This document shows positions 14,558-25,999 of a stretch of DNA of 64,000 bases, one piece after another (the stretch's first letter is position 1; each line of letters begins with the position of its first letter). Below the pieces are notes generated by a model. The model saw nothing but the letters and a program-made list of their open reading frames with translations. It did no database searches and was not told the DNA's origin. The DNA lies in the NCBI RefSeq assembly GCF_001194135.2, contig NC_068987.1:51246900-51310899 (forward strand), written 5' to 3'. Source of the stretch: Octopus bimaculoides (taxonomy: Eukaryota). Both the position numbers and the translations under genes were made by a program.

Positions 14558-14630
14558 TTACCTCTGCCTTGGTGAAGGCGGAGGTATTGTTTTCAGTCGT
14601 GTGAGTTTGTGTTTGTGTTTCAGCGTTAAC
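14558..14630 (+). mobile_element. Hairpin-led start of a putative Helentron/DINE-like non-autonomous element
   Basis: 13-bp stem ATACCTCTGCCTT-GGTG-AAGGCGGAGGTAT (one G-T pair) followed by GTTTTCAGTCGTGTGAGTTTGTGTTTG. This resembles the TACCTCCGCC-type starts of such elements (recall). Confidence 0.4.
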
Positions 14631-14642
14631 ATTAACTCCATT

Positions 14643-14695
<53 letters not shown>

Positions 14696-14950
14696 GCGCA
14701 TACAACATAGCTCTCTTTTACACACGCATATACTCACACTTCGTAGCCTTTTATCGGCTTTTTCAATCTTTCCTTCGTTATTCATCTATCACCCGTTCCT
14801 TTGTCATTTACACGACGGTCTTTTTGCCACTTCGATTCGAGTTTTTCACTGTCACTACCTCCTGGCACTCCCTCTCAGTCATGGCTATTACTTTCACTAC
14901 TTATCCATCACTGTATCAACATTTCATCTCCTCTCCCTTCACCTCTCACT

Positions 14951-15001
<51 letters not shown>

Positions 15002-15224
15002 GGGTATCACTACGCGGAAATGCCTCACGCTATAAGGGACCCTTAAAATCAAAACTACCACAATAAATATAGTGTAGCGAACGCGAGGGAATGCAACACT
15101 TGAAGCGAGCTCCTAACACAGATTCAGCCCCAAATCATATGATTTCATAGTTAGTGCACAAAATGCACTTTCTAATCGTCATTGCAGGCATAATCAAAAC
15201 ACATAAAAATGAACAAAAAATCAA

Positions 15225-15642
15225 CATACACGATGAACACCAAATGTATCCAGCATACTACATAGAATTGTTCACACCTATATATCTATGTAAGAGGCGA
15301 GCTTTTTAAACTGCATCTCGGTACACGTGTTTATTCAGAATAAAATTCAGCACTGAATATATTCCAGTTAAATTTAAAATTTTAAAATTGGATAACATTT
15401 TCATAAGAATTTATAAAGTAGACAACGTGAGGTTTTTTTCATGCTGACGACTTGATAAATTCTTATAAAGAATTTATCCTATTTTTTAATTTTAAACTTA
15501 ACCGGGATATATTCAGGGCTGAATTATTCTGAAAATACACGTGTACCGAGATGCAATTGGAAAAGCCCGCCTCTTACATAGATATTTAAGAGAGAACAGC
15601 TCTATGTACTATGCTGGACATACTTGGTGTTCGTCTGGTATG
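15225..15642. repeat. About 420-bp foldback palindrome (MITE-like)
   Basis: Arms 15225-15430 and 15439-15642 are reverse complements with scattered mismatches around an 8-nt loop (GGTTTTTT). Confidence 0.9.
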
Positions 15643-16049
15643 ATGTGTGTGTGTGTGTGTTTGCGTGTATATATATATATATATATATCAGTAAAAATAT
15701 GCGACGCTTATTCAGTAGCCATGATAAAACTCCGAGTTTCGGATGCCGGGGTGGGAACCCACGCCAACATCTCTTCAGTTATCCGGCCATTGAAAAGTCC
15801 TGTGAAAAATTACCGTTAAACAAAGGGAAATTACTGTGTGGTTGACCGTTATTAAGACAAAAGAGCTAATAGACCGCTAAGTAAGGGGAGGGAATAAAGG
15901 TAAGGGGGTAGAAAAGTCTATAGTGCTCACGTAAGCTCACCAATACGTACATTCGCCTATATGTATATACTCAACCACCCCAAACAAAAGGAAAACTAAC
16001 AAGATACAAGACTGATAAGCACACACTTTATTTAAAAACAGTAAAATGA

Positions 16050-16208
16050 AACTGCTTGCTTATGGGGAGACAAGTAAGTCATTCCATCTTCATTTTCATT
16101 TATATTCATAATTCATTCATTATATGTTTTTATGTACCCCAATGTATTGTTTTGTCTATCTGTTGTGTTGTCCATTCTCTATGAGGCCTTGTGCCAAATT
16201 AAAGAAAT
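16050..16208 (+). mobile_element. 3' UTR/tail of a Tx1-like element (type A), directly upstream of the next copy
   Basis: TGTACCCCAATGTATTGTTTTGTCT...GGCCTTGTGCCAAATTAAAGAAAT matches the reverse complement of 58615-58715. Confidence 0.7.
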
Positions 16209-16214
16209 AAGGAC

Positions 16215-18326
16215 GTTGGTCTTGTCGTTAGTGTGTTATTTGATTTGTGATTTGTGAGCTGGAAGTGTATGCGCTACATGTGAGTACTGCTGTTGTTTAA
16301 CTGTTGTTTATTGAATTGTTGGATTGTTGTTACCTGTTGAAGTTGTTGTTGCCGTTTTTTAAATTTTCTTCCCCATTTATGGAAAGTACACCAGTGCAAG
16401 CAGGCAATTATGCTGAGGTGACTGGCAAAAGCCAGTCAGCGGTGGGACTGCAAGTTACAGAAATTAAATTACAGGAGTAAAACTTCAAAAAGTACAATAA
16501 TTGATTAAGAATGGAAGGAGATAGGCTGAGGTTGACGCCTCCTCAAAGAAGTATCAGATAAAACGGAGAAGGTAGCTATTGTGTACAGAACATTGAAAAT
16601 TGCAACAAAAAAGGTGGAGATAGCAGCGGTGGAGGTTGTCGAGGAATACCTCACAGAAATTAAGAATGTAACGACGTTCTACACGAGAGTGAGGAAGTAT
16701 GGCACAGTAGAGGTACACTTCAGGAATGAGGAAGAAGAGAGGAAACGCTCTACTGTGCCTTTGAGATCAGTAGTGTGGGTGCTGTATCGACTTACTGTGA
16801 CAAACGTGCGGCCAGAGTAAGAATAGGTAGAGTTCCCCCAGAAATTGATGAGGCGTGGCTGGTGGCAGCCATTCTCTTCAATACAGAAGAAGACACGGAG
16901 ATAATGAAAATATCAAGAACTACGGAAGTGAACTGGAGGAGGGGAGGAATTAGTAAATATAAGTTTGTCAGATCTCCACAAGATTTCGGAGGAACTGATA
17001 CTGCTGGATGACTCAAGGTTGAGGATAGTGGTGGAAGGAAGACCACCGGTATGTTTTCTTTGTGGAGTAAGGTGACACATAAAAGCAAGGTGTCCCCAGT
17101 AGCAAGAAAAGGAAGTAGAACAAGAGAAGCAGGAAGAGGAATAGGAACAAAGAGCGGAGGTACAAATGCAAGTGAGCGAAAAGATAGAAAATGTAGGAGA
17201 AAAGTATACAGTTGGAAAAAGAAAAAGAAAAGAGAAGGAAACTTTAATTCATCATCCAAAAGTCCACACAAAAATGGAGAAGAAAATATAGAGGAGAATC
17301 AATGCGAAAGACCAGAGATACCAAAAAAGGAAAATTACGGAGGAGGAATGACGTGCGCTGAAAGGAAAGGAAGTGAGAAGAGAGATAGCAAGAACAAAGA
17401 GTAAGAGAGATACAGAGAAGGATGAGACACCAATACCAGGAACATCAGGAGAGAATAACGACGGAAAACGGGAGTTGGTACCAAAAGGAAAACACATTGG
17501 AACGATGATAGTTTCTACTTTGACCGTGGTTCTTTCTTTTTGTAACATATTTGTGTACTTTTTAAAATTCTTCTTTTTCTGTATTGAGTTGCCGCGTTCG
17601 ACTCCTGGCTGCTGTTGTAAAACTTTTTTCTCTTCTTTTTGTAAACTTTTCACTGCTATATTCCTTGTTGATACAATGCCATTTTTGGGGGGTCTCACTT
17701 GGGAGACTTGGAACATCTTATGGCGTCATTGGTGTCGTTGTTGAGCTTTCTGTTGGGCTCGTTTCCGGCGTACTACTGTCTGCGTTGCTGCAAAATGATT
17801 TTTTAAAGTAATTATTTCCCCCAACGGGGGAATAAAAAACAAATGGTTTCAGAAAGCAATTAAGAGTCTTTAACAGAAAATAATAAATTTAACAATTGCC
17901 GCAAGGGAGTATAACAATAGCGTTCAAAAAGCAATGTCACAATAAATCACAAAATTTTCATCCAGACGGTAAGTCAGTAATGGGAGGAGGAGTTCGATGA
18001 ATTGCCACCAGTGGTGGACCTAAAGGATTTACAACCTTTCATGAGATATTAAAAAAGAAAAAGTAAGTAAAATTATTTTATTGAAGAAAGAAGGAAAAAA
18101 AGTAAAATTGTATCATTAAAAATAAGGAAAAAATGAGATTAAGAAAAAGATAATAGATGGATTGTAAATGATACTGCATGGGAGTGGGCCCATGCAGCCA
18201 TTTCATTTTTCATCTTTATATAACATCTCATTTTCATTCGTTTTATGTTTTTTGTCCTCACTGTGGTGTTGTGTCCGTCTTTGTAGTGTCCCCTCTGTGC
18301 TGTGGCCGTAGCCAAAATAAAGACAC
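16215..18326 (+). mobile_element. Tx1/L1-clade element type A: 5' UTR, ORF1, 3' UTR; no ORF2 visible
   Basis: 5' UTR is homologous to 60523-60400 (minus). The 3' UTR at 18170-18326 with AATAAA is homologous to 29695-29830 (minus). Confidence 0.75.
16379..17500 (+). pseudogene. Gag-like ORF1 of Tx1-like element (stops and frameshifts)
   Basis: MESTPVQAGNYAEV..., VRIGRVPPEIDEAWLVAAI, VEGRPPVCFLCGVR*HIKARC (CX2CX4HX4C at 17052-17093), then a Lys/Glu-rich tail. Confidence 0.8.
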
Positions 18327-18719
18327 ATTGGCGGAAGTTGCGCTCTTTGAATACTCTTGTTATTGTTTTCGTTATATTCTTTCACTATACCAACTTGTAT
18401 AGACGTACTCTGCGCCTTCGAAGTTTCTTTTTTTTTGTTTTCCTTGTTTTATTGTATTCAAAGTACTTCATGCAATATGTTTGTGGTAAAAGAAGTGCTT
18501 TGTTTTGTATGTTTTGTGTATTTGTTATTCCTGGTAGCTTAGTTATATAATTGTCTGCATTTGTTTTTATGTCATTTTCAAAATGCCTTCAATTATAGGT
18601 CCCTACTTCTGGATCACTACTATTTTCACATTTATATTTTAGCAAGTTTTCCCTTACCTTGAGTAATTCTGTAATAATTGTAATAATCGATTTATGTTTT
18701 GATTAGGATTCAGTGTTTT

Positions 18720-19130
18720 CCTGATGGTGCTCTACCACAATAGCTGGTTGATTATCTTTGATATGCTTCTCTGTGTATATTTGCATATCGCACCGTATAC
18801 TTCCGGCGTATTTCTATACCAACCGTTTTCTGTTATCATTGTGGATAGCTTGTTTTTGACCAGCGCTTGGACAGTCATCCTCATCTTTGCATATTTGGTA
18901 GTTACAACATGTATCCTGCGTTATTGTATGACTTTTGTGGTTTCTAATGGGAAGGATTTCTTCCAGTGTCCCCAGTTTGGCTTTGACCCCCACCTTCTGT
19001 TTTCGATCAAGATAATGTAGCATTCCTTCGGTCAAGAATGACAATGGGATTGCACCAAGAAAGTTCCCATCCGAGGCACCAAACCCGGGCAACGTTGTTT
19101 ATAGAAGACCAGTAGTCACCCATGCATACA
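18720..19130 (-). mobile_element. R4/Dong/NeSL-type (RLE) non-LTR retrotransposon C-terminal remnant
   Basis: LPIRNHKSH...CNYQICK...CPSAG...IH.D and CDMQIYTEKHIKDNQPAIVV match the CCHC plus PD-(D/E)xK-adjacent pattern. Confidence 0.6.
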
Positions 19131-19204
19131 AGCCTCCACTCTCACGCCAAAATGTAATCCAAGCGAATGACAAAGGCGGATGAAAATTGGCAACAGTGAC
19201 GTTT

Positions 19205-19349
19205 TAACACACTTCTACAGCTGAATGAACTGGAGCAACGTGGAATTAAGTGTATTGCAGAGACACAACACACATCGCGGTCTGGGAATCGAACTCAGTA
19301 CCCCATGATTCTGAGCCCGATGCTCTAACCACTGAGTCATGCACCTTCA
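19205..19349 (-). mobile_element. tRNA-derived SINE (third family)
   Basis: A-box TGACTCAGTGGTTAGAG and B-box GAGTTCGATTCCC, then a non-tRNA body TTGCTCCAGTTCATTCAGCTG. Confidence 0.75.
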
Positions 19350-19701
19350 CATACGCCTGTCTACTATACACTCTATTAAAATTTTCAGATTTCATCTATG
19401 TAGGAGTTTTTCGTGTTATTCTGTTTCCTCTCCGTTTGGGTTTTTCAAGTTTTGTTTTAATTACAACCTTACGTCAAGAACAGACCAACATTAGTCGCCT
19501 TGCATCTGGAATGTCGTCTACCATTCGGACACTATCATCGTTAGATGTGCTACGGTAAAATAAAATAGAAATCTAGTGGCTGGTAAGAGTGATGCATTCT
19601 AGGGGAAACTGTAGGTTTCGACGAGAATGAAATCGCCGGTCTTTTTTTAAGGACTTCCGGGCCTGGTATTACCATAGAAAAATTCCAGAAATCTTTGAAA
19701 C

Positions 19702-19765
<64 letters not shown>

Positions 19766-20085
19766 ATTATTATTAATATTATTATTATTTACTTTTAATC
19801 TACATGCCAGTTACAATCACTTGCCGAAAAACTCCAAGCGTGCTGCAGCGAGTGAAGGGAAAGCGATGTTATAGTTTGACTGAAAGCTTGGGGAGGGAAA
19901 GTGGCCCAGGCAGTAGCAAAATATCCTCATGTAATACACTGCAGACATTTAAATGAATAGCGTTTTCTAAGGATGTGGGCAGAACTAGTCAGCACAATAT
20001 TTTGGATTTCTATGAGACATGGTTCATCTCGGATCTTATCTGGATGTTTCTGACATCCCTTTTTATATTATTATTATTATTGTTA

Positions 20086-20635
20086 TTGAGTGAAAGAGGA
20101 GTGCATGCCATCAAAGTGACACGGGGTGAAATATACGAAGCCCATTATACCTATCATGACTAACCGTCTGATAAGGGTGCACCAGGCACATGCATCACAG
20201 CGATATGTGCGCGACACGGTGATCTCATATCAAGATAAACAGCGCATGACCTCGCCCAGTTAGAATGTTCTTCAGGTCAAGTAGCCCATCCTGCTCAAAA
20301 GGTCCCTGAATAAGGTTTGTTTAAGGATGTTGAGCAAAACACCCATGTTTCCAAAGGTGAATTATTCAAACCCCAAAGAATTTCTCTCAACACATGGCTA
20401 TGATGGTCCCCCACTACTTCTGCTCATGATCAGAGATGCACATATCGTCAGCCACCAAGGGACATGCTCAACTGGTTATGGTCAAACAACTGAGAAGCAA
20501 ATCTGTGGTATTAAGCAGAATATTTGTTGTAGCCCATCTTTTATACCAAGACAAAACAATGTACATGATAACACTTCCAATCAATTAAGATCAGAAGCCA
20601 TTAGAGCCACTGCCTGGTACTGCATCCGGGCATAT
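20086..20635 (-). mobile_element. About 550-bp non-coding interspersed repeat embedded in (AAT)n arrays
   Basis: GC-richer island between ATT/AAT microsatellites; I recognise it as an abundant Octopus repeat (recall); no coding motifs. Confidence 0.6.
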
Positions 20636-20734
<99 letters not shown>

Positions 20735-20757
20735 CATTATTATTATTATTATTATTA
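20636..20757. repeat. (AAT)n immediately followed by (ATT)n, self-complementary
   Basis: Directly visible; orientation switches at about 20698. Confidence 0.95.
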
Positions 20758-21007
20758 GTTCTTTCAATTTTGTTTCCATTTCTTTATCTTCCTGACACCT
20801 AAGGCACAGATACTAATTTTATACATTGATAAGCCATTAAAATAAACACACCTGGTTGATCATTTACAAAATTCAATGCTAAGATGAAGCATCGGTGGTC
20901 TGTCTTTATCCCGAAGATTCGTAGCTACTAATTGTTGTACTTCTGGCTAATACCACCATGTTTGCTATGTTTTCTGCTTCTGGTCAACAGCAGCTTGTTT
21001 GCTATGG

Positions 21008-21116
21008 GCTTCTTCTTCTTCTTCTTCTTCTTCTTCTTCTTCTTCTTCTTCTTCTTCTTCTTCTTCTTCTTCTTCTTCTTCTTCTTCTTCTTCTTCTTCT
21101 TCTTCTTCTTCTTTCT
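21008..21116. repeat. (CTT)n microsatellite
   Basis: Directly visible. Confidence 0.95.
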
Positions 21117-21408
21117 TTGTGTTGGTAGCCCCTGTCTATCTATAACATTATAAGTGATACCTTAATGTCCTCACAACAATGATTGTGTGTCAATCTAGTT
21201 CTACTGATTATATATGATTACATATGAAACAACATGAAAGCAATTCGGCAATACGAATACGTGAATTTCCATACTGCTAAGTCCAGATAACATCAAATAA
21301 GCTTACCTAGTCAGAGAGTAATGGACTAAAGCAAAATACTTAGGATTTATAAACATGTTCCTTACTGCCAAATTAAACTCTTCTTGTAATAGCTCGGAAT
21401 CGACTTAC

Positions 21409-21499
21409 CGAAACTGGCGTGAGTTGCTCCGAAACGATTCGCATAGAATATCAAATAAGGAAGACACGAAGTAATTGAACAAGAGCTGAATAAGTTTAA
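21409..21499 (-). CDS. Candidate internal exon of an unidentified host gene
   Basis: Acceptor TTATTTTCCCGTGCAG and donor CG|GTAAGT; 91 nt; open frame KLIQLLFNYFVSSLFDILCESFRSNSRQF. No homology recognised. Confidence 0.25.
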
Positions 21500-22695
21500 C
21501 TGCACGGGAAAATAAGATATTATGATAAATAAATTTAGTACAGTGCGTCCCACATAACAGAATAATGTATTTGTGATATCGTAGTGAATCGTTGTCTTAA
21601 AGAAATTACTTAATTGCTGGTAAATATATTCATACAGGCGATAAACGATATCAGTGATTGAACATTTTTCTCTATTTTACAAACTGTAATATAATCTCTT
21701 TATAGATTCGTAATAGTATTTCTAATCTGTAACTCTCAATGATTTATCGGTTTCTTTTGGTTCTGTCTTGTTTGAATCAATGAAGTTTATAAAGTATATG
21801 CTTAACTTTAAAACGACGAGTCCATAAGATCTGTTATTTGACTTTCAAAATTTAGCTTACCTATAATATGATATAGTTCTGTTGCATTGCATATAACGTA
21901 GGCGGATTCCTCATTTTATTTCTAAAGAATTTTCTTCTACTTATTTCTCCATATCTCACGCATAACACAACTTTAATGTCCCATTACTCCCAAGTGGGCC
22001 ACATAAATATGTTTTAGTAGCCCAGTAAAGGAGAAAGGCCTATACTGTCGGGAGAAAATTACCTCATTACACATCTTAGTCGATGTTACCCAGTTTAGCA
22101 GCCACTATAAGACCATTGTACAAACAAGAAATGATTCTTTTGCGAAATACGCAGTGGCAAATATCTCGAAACTAAAGCTAATCCTGAGGTTTTTAGGGAA
22201 AAGAATCTGTACAAATTTTGTAGTGTTCTTTCCTCTATTTCTCAAATATGACAATTTTTCGGCTACATATTTGTAAGAAGTGTTCCAGATTGGTCGCAGT
22301 TCAATGATTAAAAAAATATAAGAATAAAAGCATAATAGCTAAAACTATAAAATGTAATTAACAGCGAAACAATTAAAGAATAAATTATCTTTGATCTTGT
22401 CCGGTATTTGAAACCTTTTACTACCTTTGCAATTATATGACATTTGAACAGGGAAGTTTAATACATATAGAGTTCTAGTATACAATATTAGTACTTCTGT
22501 TTCCCATTTTCAACCGAGTTGACTAAGTACTTGGATTTTGCTGTTCACACGTTAATGTGTGATAAATTTGGTGCACAGCTTTGGAATTATTTCTTTGAAG
22601 ATAAACATCGACACATATAGAAATAGATAAATTCACATACGTACAAAACACGCACATACTCACACACACACACATGTACACACACACACACATGT

Positions 22696-22727
<32 letters not shown>

Positions 22728-23135
22728 ACACACACACACATATACATACGCATTTAGCTCTTTTATTCGGCAGAAGTTGCCAAAAAGATTGGAAGGTGAC
22801 AAAAAGATTGGTAAGCATGGCACTTAACTACCAAAACAAAACAGAAAGGAAAACATGAGGATAATTTAGATAAGTGACGTGCACTTGACTTTCAGACTTT
22901 CTATAAATTAAATTTTTTAAAGGTATATATAGTCATGCAGTATACGCAACTGAAACAGTATTTGATTAAGATAGTCATCTGAGTGTCATATTTAATGGAT
23001 ACACATTGTCGATAGACCAGTTGCAGCAGTATTCATTCTGAGATAATATCTCTTGTGGACATCTCATTAACATAACTCATTTATAATAGATGTTATGTCA
23101 GCACAAATACAAAAGACATCGTGTGTAGATTAGAC

Positions 23136-23210
<75 letters not shown>

Positions 23211-23589
23211 NNNNNNNNNNNNNNNNNNNNNNNNNNNNNNNNNNNNNNNNNNNNNNNNNNNNNNNNNNNNNNNNNNNNNNNNNNNNNNNNNNNNNNNNNN
23301 NNNNNNNNNNNNNNNNNNNNNNNNNNNNNNNNNNNNNNNNNNNNNNNNNNNNNNNNNNNNNNNNNNNNNNNNNNNNNNNNNNNNNNNNNNNNNNNNNNNN
23401 NNNNNNNNNNNNNNNNNNNNNNNNNNNNNNNNNNNNNNNNNNNNNNNNNNNNNNNNNNNNNNNNNNNNNNNNNNNNNNNNNNNNNNNNNNNNNNNNNNNN
23501 NNNNNNNNNNNNNNNNNNNNNNNNNNNNNNNNNNNNNNNNNNNNNNNNNNNNNNNNNNNNNNNNNNNNNNNNNNNNNNNNNNNNNNNNN

Positions 23590-23680
<91 letters not shown>

Positions 23681-23751
23681 GTATGTATGTATAAAGAAAG
23701 ACAAGGATAAAGAGACCAATGGCAAAATTAGAATTATATTTTATGGATAAA

Positions 23752-23800
23752 GTCCTACAGCTGTTTTAGGGAAAATCGAATGGATCCCTTCATCGGAGAC
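23752..23800 (-). ncRNA. Minimal type I hammerhead-ribozyme-like motif (degenerate)
   Basis: GTCT-CCGATGA-AGGGA[...]TCCCT-AAAA-CAGCTG-TA-GGAC; G12 is replaced by A. Confidence 0.5.
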
Positions 23801-24052
23801 GGTAATAGTAGAGGAATGGATTATTACGTCTATAAGAGGAGATTTGTAGTAAGAAGTGAGAGCGAGGCGCAGAAAAAAGAACAAAGAAAAAACAGTACTT
23901 GGAGTGTAGCTCCATTCCAGCAGTAAACATCCATGTAAAGAATCCTTGTGGGTATTTTCCGGGGATAATAGTAGTAGCAAAGGTGGATATATATCATATC
24001 GTACTACAAATCTCCTCTTATAGACGTAATAATCCATTCTTCTACTATTACC

Positions 24053-24101
24053 GTCTCCGATGAAGGGATACATTGGATTTTCTCTAAAACAGCTGTAAGA
24101 C
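24053..24101 (+). ncRNA. Minimal type I hammerhead-ribozyme-like motif (degenerate)
   Basis: GTCT-CCGATGA-AGGGA[...]TTCTCT-AAAA-CAGCTG-TA-AGAC; stem I GTCT/AGAC is perfect. Confidence 0.5.
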
Positions 24102-24289
24102 TTTATCCATAAAATATAATTCTAACTTTGCCATTGGTCTCTTTATCCTTTTCTTTCTTTATACATACACACGATAATACACGACCTATGTTATATTCCC
24201 CACACATGTTGATACAACGACAAGGGCAAAACTAGTCGGTATACAGCACTTACTCCAATAATTTTCATAACCTATATATATATATATAT

Positions 24290-24563
24290 ATATGTATAGT
24301 CTACAAGGTTGCATATTCCCTCGATGAAGAAGGAGGGAACATGCACTTGTTGATCGGATTACTACTCTTTGTTCTTCTTTAGTGTACATTGCTATTGGAG
24401 CGGCCCTGCTTAACTTGTGAAGCCAGAATAAAAAATGACGCAATCAGGCTCAAAAATCAATCACACGAGCATAATAATACCAGCTATAAGCACGCATGCG
24501 CAGAAGGCAGTGTAACACTAATAAAGATGTTATGGCGAAAGTGCGGATGATTTTTGACTTACA

Positions 24564-24567
<4 letters not shown>
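24290..24567 (-). mobile_element. Mariner 5' end (TIR plus transposase N-terminus)
   Basis: TIR TGAGTGTAAGTCAAAAATCATCCGCAC after TA; AAPIAMYTKEEQRVVIR resembles a mariner N-terminus. Confidence 0.7.
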
Positions 24568-24597
<30 letters not shown>

Positions 24598-25186
24598 NNN
24601 NNNNNNNNNNNNNNNNNNNNNNNNNNNNNNNNNNNNNNNNNNNNNNNNNNNNNNNNNNNNNNNNNNNNNNNNNNNNNNNNNNNNNNNNNNNNNNNNNNNN
24701 NNNNNNNNNNNNNNNNNNNNNNNNNNNNNNNNNNNNNNNNNNNNNNNNNNNNNNNNNNNNNNNNNNNNNNNNNNNNNNNNNNNNNNNNNNNNNNNNNNNN
24801 NNNNNNNNNNNNNNNNNNNNNNNNNNNNNNNNNNNNNNNNNNNNNNNNNNNNNNNNNNNNNNNNNNNNNNNNNNNNNNNNNNNNNNNNNNNNNNNNNNNN
24901 NNNNNNNNNNNNNNNNNNNNNNNNNNNNNNNNNNNNNNNNNNNNNNNNNNNNNNNNNNNNNNNNNNNNNNNNNNNNNNNNNNNNNNNNNNNNNNNNNNNN
25001 NNNNNNNNNNNNNNNNNNNNNNNNNNNNNNNNNNNNNNNNNNNNNNNNNNNNNNNNNNNNNNNNNNNNNNNNNNNNNNNNNNNNNNNNNNNNNNNNNNNN
25101 NNNNNNNNNNNNNNNNNNNNNNNNNNNNNNNNNNNNNNNNNNNNNNNNNNNNNNNNNNNATATATATATATATATATACATACATA

Positions 25187-25987
25187 CAGCGTGAGGTGAA
25201 TATATTATCGTCTAAATACGCAAAAGTCAGAATAATACTGACACCACATTTTAGCAAATATATTTACCAAAATTACATAAAGATATCTGGAAATACTCTT
25301 GCAACTCCTCTGGAAGCTCTCCTTGTTTAGGTTCGTGGATGTTGCCATAGTCCTTGGGTTCACTTCATCGTTGATGTTACAAGAAGTTTTGTTGGCCTCC
25401 CGCTCATCTGCTTCCCGTACATGATATTCAATGCGGTAGGTAACTGGGAATTTAGGTGGCCAGTTGTTAGGGGTGATGTGGTCGCAGAATTGTCTGACAG
25501 CCAGTACTGGATTGATCTGTTGCATGGCATGATGCAGAATCCTATTGGGAGACATAGAGTCTTGACCCAGGAGAGAAATACTTCCTCCAGGCATTTGATG
25601 TAGGCCGCAATATTGAGTCAGAGGCAGTGTGGAAGGATGAATAGAGGCATTACGTCGCCATCACTAGTGATCACTCCAAACACCATGATGTTGACTGGAT
25701 GTTTGATTTTTATCACTTTCGGTACATGTCCTCATATTGCACTGTACTCACATTCATACTCAAACACTCGGAAATTTTCGTATTGGAGTTTCCGGCGCGA
25801 ATGCCAAGCAGTACAGCATGTCATTTCCAGGTTTCTAGCAGAGTGAATTGCTTCATGGTGCTGTTGTTCTCACAAACGGTGCCAAACTGACCCTACTATA
25901 GTGTGTTGTCGACAAAATCAAAAACAATCATTGTGCATGCGCGAAATTAAAAATGTAAAATGGTGACAATTTAACCATCGCACCCTG
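25187..25987 (-). mobile_element. Internally deleted maT/DD37D-type Tc1-mariner with both TIRs
   Basis: TIRs CAGGGTGCGATGGTTAAATTGTC and CAGCGTGAGGTGAATATATTATC. Transposase pieces KHPVNIMVFGVITSDGDVMP, YIKCLEEV, QDS, DHITPNNWPP, EREANK. Confidence 0.8.
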
Positions 25988-25999
25988 TGTGTGTGTGTA

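Larger units (their letters stand above)
23683..24260. mobile_element. Penelope-like pseudo-LTR pair in inverted (head-to-head) arrangement
   Basis: 23683-23851 and 24002-24168 are near-identical reverse complements. The minus copy extends to about 23960 and aligns with 38790-39060. Each arm holds a hammerhead-like motif. Confidence 0.7.
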
